Made by a program: the position numbers and the translations under genes. Positions 16,859-19,715 of a DNA stretch of 19,715 nt are shown one piece after another. The notes below the pieces were generated by a model that made no database searches, was not told where the DNA came from, and saw only the letters and a program-made list of their open reading frames with translations. This stretch comes from Candidatus Hadarchaeota archaeon (GTDB lineage: Archaea > CAYQAE01 > CAYVLA01): contig CAYVLA010000058.1 of assembly GCA_964452145.1 (NCBI GenBank), positions 1-19,715 on the forward strand. Direction: 5' to 3'. Each line of letters opens with the position of its first letter. The first letter of the stretch is position 1.

Positions 16859-17410
16859 ATGGCGAAGGTAGCAATAGAGATGGTGAAGAAGAGCGGAGTA
16901 GATGTGGATAAGCTCGTGGAGCTTCTGGTGAAGAATGCCGCTGCGGAGCTGACCACATATTACTACTACACGATCCTCCGTGCCAACCTGATAGGCCTGG
17001 ACGGGGAAACCGTCAAGGAGATCGCGGAGGTCGCCCGGATCGAGGACAGAAATCACTTCGAAGCCTTGGTCCCCAGGATATACGAGCTCGGCGGTGCGCT
17101 GCCCAGGGACATGAAGGACTTCCATGACATGTCCGGGTGCCCACCCGCGTACATGCCCAAGGACCCGACGGAAATCAAGGCCATGCTCAAGACGCTCGTC
17201 GAGGCCGAGCGCTGCGCGGTGAGGCAGTACACCAACATCTGCAACCTGACCGCCGGAAAGGACCACCGCACCTACGACCTAGCCCTGGCGATCCTTAACG
17301 AGGAGATCGAGCACGAGTCCTGGTTCTCGGAGTTCCTCGGCGAAGGACCTTCCGGACACTTCATGAGAAGGGGCGAGTCCTCTCCGTTCGTATCCAAGTT
17401 CCTCACGTAG
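16859..17410 (+). CDS. dps: DPS-like (DPSL) ferritin-superfamily antioxidant protein
   Basis: Start ATG 16859. AAAELTTYYYYTILR, ARIEDRNHFEALVPRIYELGG, SGCPPAY, EAERCAV, KDHRTYDL, EEIEHE: di-iron ExxH motifs plus the paired Cys typical of archaeal DPSL. TTTTTCAA box at 16817-16824. Confidence 0.95.
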   Translation: MAKVAIEMVKKSGVDVDKLVELLVKNAAAELTTYYYYTILRANLIGLDGETVKEIAEVARIEDRNHFEALVPRIYELGGALPRDMKDFHDMSGCPPAYMPKDPTEIKAMLKTLVEAERCAVRQYTNICNLTAGKDHRTYDLALAILNEEIEHESWFSEFLGEGPSGHFMRRGESSPFVSKFLT

Positions 17411-17462
17411 GGCCCCCTGCAACCCCCAGGACGCCCCCAAGCGGGCCGTCATCTCTTTTCAG

Positions 17463-17723
17463 ATGGGATTGGACGATATGAGGGCGTTCACCAAGGACCA
17501 GCTTTCGAGGTACGATGGCAAGGATGGCAGGCCCGCATACGTGGCCTACCGGGGCAAGGTCTATGACGTGTCCGCAAGCTCTCTGTGGAGAATGGGGAAA
17601 CACCAGGCTTTCCACGCTGCCGGGAATGACCTGACAGCTGCCCTGGCGAATGCTCCGCACGGCTTTGAGCTGCTCCAGAAATTCCCCGTCGTGGGCATTA
17701 TGAGCCAGGTACCACCGGGATGA
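17463..17723 (+). CDS. Cytochrome b5-like heme/steroid-binding domain protein
   Basis: FTKDQLSRYDGKDGRPAYVAYRGKVYDVS..W..GKHQAFHAAGNDLT....APHG..L.KFPVVG. Start ATG 17463 or 17478. Confidence 0.92.
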   Translation: MGLDDMRAFTKDQLSRYDGKDGRPAYVAYRGKVYDVSASSLWRMGKHQAFHAAGNDLTAALANAPHGFELLQKFPVVGIMSQVPPG

Positions 17724-17820
17724 TCGGTCCATTGCATATTCAGTCGCAGGAAGAAGCCGGAGCCCGTGGCCGGGTCTCAGGTTTCGTGGAATGGCAACGT
17801 AGCCGATCGGCTACTGAGGA

Positions 17821-18009
17821 CGGTTGGGGAGGATCACGCAGGACGCGATCCGGCTAAAAGACAGGGCGCTCGCCTGGATCTACATCAGCGAGTGGCTTGC
17901 CGTGGCCGGAGCTGGGATGGTCTGCGGCTTTGTCCTGTGATCGATCATGGTCCGCAGGAGGGTATGCCGAGAGGTTGAGAGCATCAAGCTGGAGCGTTTC
18001 GGTGCATGA
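17821..18009 (+). pseudogene. Orphan copy of the C-terminal anchor of the 413-aa family, with in-frame TGA (remnant 2)
   Basis: Translates RLGRITQDAIRLKDRALAWIYISEWLAVAGAGMVCGFVL*SIMVRRRVCREVESIKLERFGA* (internal TGA 17938-17940, terminal TGA 18007-18009). Confidence 0.88.
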
Positions 18010-18237
18010 TCACAAGTCCCTCGCCCCCATCGGCATGAACGGCAGCGTGGCCTCCTTCGACGAGTCGCTCAAGAGGCACGGGATGAGAATGGAGATCGCG
18101 TATCGCCGTGGGAACGACTGTCCGGGATCCGAGTTGCGGTTCATCGTCCCTGGTTCCTGTGCTTCAGCAGCCGTATGGTGCGGAACTTGGCGCGAGGTTT
18201 TTATGGGAGTTGCCTCTAGCCTGTGGGTGGTGCCAGA

Positions 18238-19143
18238 ATGGGTCGAAAGGGAACCTCATGGATTGTTGCGGGGTTCATGCTGGCCAGCATGCTGACGGCT
18301 CTGTCAGATGCCGGGCTCGAGACAGGAGCTCTTGGAGCCGAGAGCGCAACCTTGGTCCATCGCCGGCCTTCCGATGTGATCAATGAGATAGGCGGGGTCC
18401 GGCTTGCGCCCAACGGCACCCTGTACTTCTGTGACGTGGGCAACACGATCATCAACCGGATTTTCAGGCTGGTCGGAGATGCTGAAGAAGTGATATACAC
18501 TCGTCCCAAGCCGACGATACACGACATCGCCTTCTCGCCGGACGGAACGCTCTACTTCGCCGACTCAACCAATAAGGTATACAAGCTCATCGGTTCCGCG
18601 GAGGAGGTGGCCCACGAATCGCAGATCTGGGGCATCCTGGCCATAGCATTTCATCCAAATGGGACGATGTACTACTCCACATGTGACTCACCCGGCCTCG
18701 TGTACAGGGCCTCCGCAGCCTCCGATGCCGTCATCTACAGCAGGACGGGATTCTTGGGGCATATAGACTTCGGGGCAGACGGATCGCTCTTCTACACCGA
18801 TGGACCCATGGTGGCGACCTCGAATTTCTTCAAAGCCGTGGGGGCCCAGGAATCGCTGGTCTACACCACGGAGAGGGAAACTGTCCGGGGCATGTGCATG
18901 GCCTCGAATGGGACTCTGTATTACACCGCCTTCGTTTCAGGGGCGGGGTGCATCTACAGCGTTCCCATAGCTGAGGTCAATCACGGAATCCTTCTGGGCC
19001 TCTTCTCCCTGATCGTCGGCGGGCTTGCACACAATGGGTACGGACGGCATTGCATAGAAGCGTTGGCCCCATCCGGCGGCAGGGGGCAGGCGTGGAGATG
19101 TCTCTGGTCTTGTGCAGACCCGAGCCGTGAAGGCCGGCATTGA
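18238..19143 (+). CDS. Secreted NHL-like beta-propeller protein with C-terminal TM segment
   Basis: Signal peptide MGRKGTSWIVAGFMLASMLTALS. Five ~40-aa repeats (APNGTLYF, SPDGTLYF, HPNGTMYY, GADGSLFY, ASNGTLYY), then VPIAEVNHGILLGLFSLIVGGL. TTTTTATG box at 18198-18205. Confidence 0.78.
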   Translation: MGRKGTSWIVAGFMLASMLTALSDAGLETGALGAESATLVHRRPSDVINEIGGVRLAPNGTLYFCDVGNTIINRIFRLVGDAEEVIYTRPKPTIHDIAFSPDGTLYFADSTNKVYKLIGSAEEVAHESQIWGILAIAFHPNGTMYYSTCDSPGLVYRASAASDAVIYSRTGFLGHIDFGADGSLFYTDGPMVATSNFFKAVGAQESLVYTTERETVRGMCMASNGTLYYTAFVSGAGCIYSVPIAEVNHGILLGLFSLIVGGLAHNGYGRHCIEALAPSGGRGQAWRCLWSCADPSREGRH

Positions 19144-19453
19144 ACCGGCTCTGTCGCCATGTCGTAGGCTTCATCCTGATGTCAGCCTCGTCAAGGAGAG
19201 AGCACCTCTATCAGTCCTATGCCGGTTCGAAGCCAAGATGGCCAAAGATCGGCCGGCGCCTCCTCCACGCACCGGCCTCACAGCTGCGGGATTCATCCGT
19301 CATGTGCTTGAGCCCGTCCGGCAGAAGGCCCGGCCCCGGCCCAACAAGAGAGCAGCCCTTCAAGGAGGGGTTGCAGCAGTGGGAGGATTCGTTACCACTT
19401 ATGCCCAAGTGGTACCATTCAGGGCCCTGGCCGGGCTTGGGGAACTGGGCTAG
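19140..19453 (+). pseudogene. Possible decayed MFS transporter N-terminal fragment
   Basis: Pieces in different frames: LNRLCRHVVGFIL (cf. NYLDR motif), VMCLSPSGR (cf. motif A lead-in) and VAAVGGFVTTYAQVVPFRALAGLGELG (cf. TM4 RxxxGxGE). Confidence 0.35.
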
Positions 19454-19475
19454 AACCGGAATAGGGACTGTGTGC

Positions 19476-19715
19476 CTATGCTCCTTCGACAGGTTTCCGC
19501 ACCAACCGGGCAATCGACCGGAGCGATCCTGACCTACCCCACAATCGCCTACAAACAATGCCGGGATACAGGCCCGTGCCTTCGCCGGCGTCCAGCCGGC
19601 CCTGCAGGTGGCACTGCTTCCATATGGCGTTCCCTACTCCGTAGAAGGCCAGGGACAGCATTGAGCCTTCGGACAGGACGGGAGGTGCCCTGGCTTTCAG
19701 GCGTCTGACCAGCTC
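19476..19715 (-). pseudogene. Degenerate archaeal VapC/PIN toxin, 5' part outside the window
   Basis: Reads ELVRRLKARAPPVLSEGSMLSLAFYGVGNAIWKQCHLQGRLDAGEG, matching the archaeal VapC pattern LxxYExGNAIWK with E->G. The downstream TxYDA and LVTxD motifs are absent before the stop. Confidence 0.6.

Noticed and set aside
6479..18009. Diversity-generating retroelement (TR/VR) interpretation of the repeated tails
   Set aside because: Copies differ at all base types and many synonymous sites rather than only at adenines, and no reverse transcriptase is encoded in the window.
17766..18295. ORFs 17766-17978 and 17897-18295
   Set aside because: Off-frame readings across anchor remnant 2. The informative frame is the third one, which is broken by TGA.
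1..19715. tRNA, rRNA, CRISPR array, IS/transposase, integrase
   Set aside because: No cloverleaf, rRNA-like segment, regularly spaced repeats or DDE/tyrosine recombinase motifs seen by eye.

Overview
High-GC window, probably archaeal: several genes have TATA-like boxes ~24-36 nt upstream of their starts, and it carries an archaeal S16 protease, DPSL and PIN/UPF0175 genes. It is an accessory/catabolic region with about 15 intact CDS. These are two 413-aa paralogous surface proteins (GATase-like domain, helical stalk, conserved C-terminal TM + RR tail), two UroD/MtaA-superfamily proteins, an EamA transporter, an MBL-fold hydrolase, a 464-aa hypothetical, a membrane-anchored Lon-type protease lacking AAA+, a GT-C glycosyltransferase, a PIN/UPF0175 toxin-antitoxin pair, a GH-like propeller, a PPOX/pyridoxamine-oxidase family protein, DPSL, a cytochrome b5-like protein and a secreted NHL-like propeller. 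The main observation is absent from the ORF track. Two 'intergenic' stretches (6479-6634 -, 17821-18009 +) encode free-standing copies of the ~50-codon C-terminal anchor of the 413-aa family. Both carry an in-frame TGA at the same Trp position and the same Tyr->Cys change, despite divergent synonymous sites. Other spacers hold decayed gene fragments (VapC, MFS, a Cys-motif membrane protein, AbrB). No rRNA, tRNA, CRISPR array or transposase was seen. All family calls come from motif recognition by eye, not database searches.
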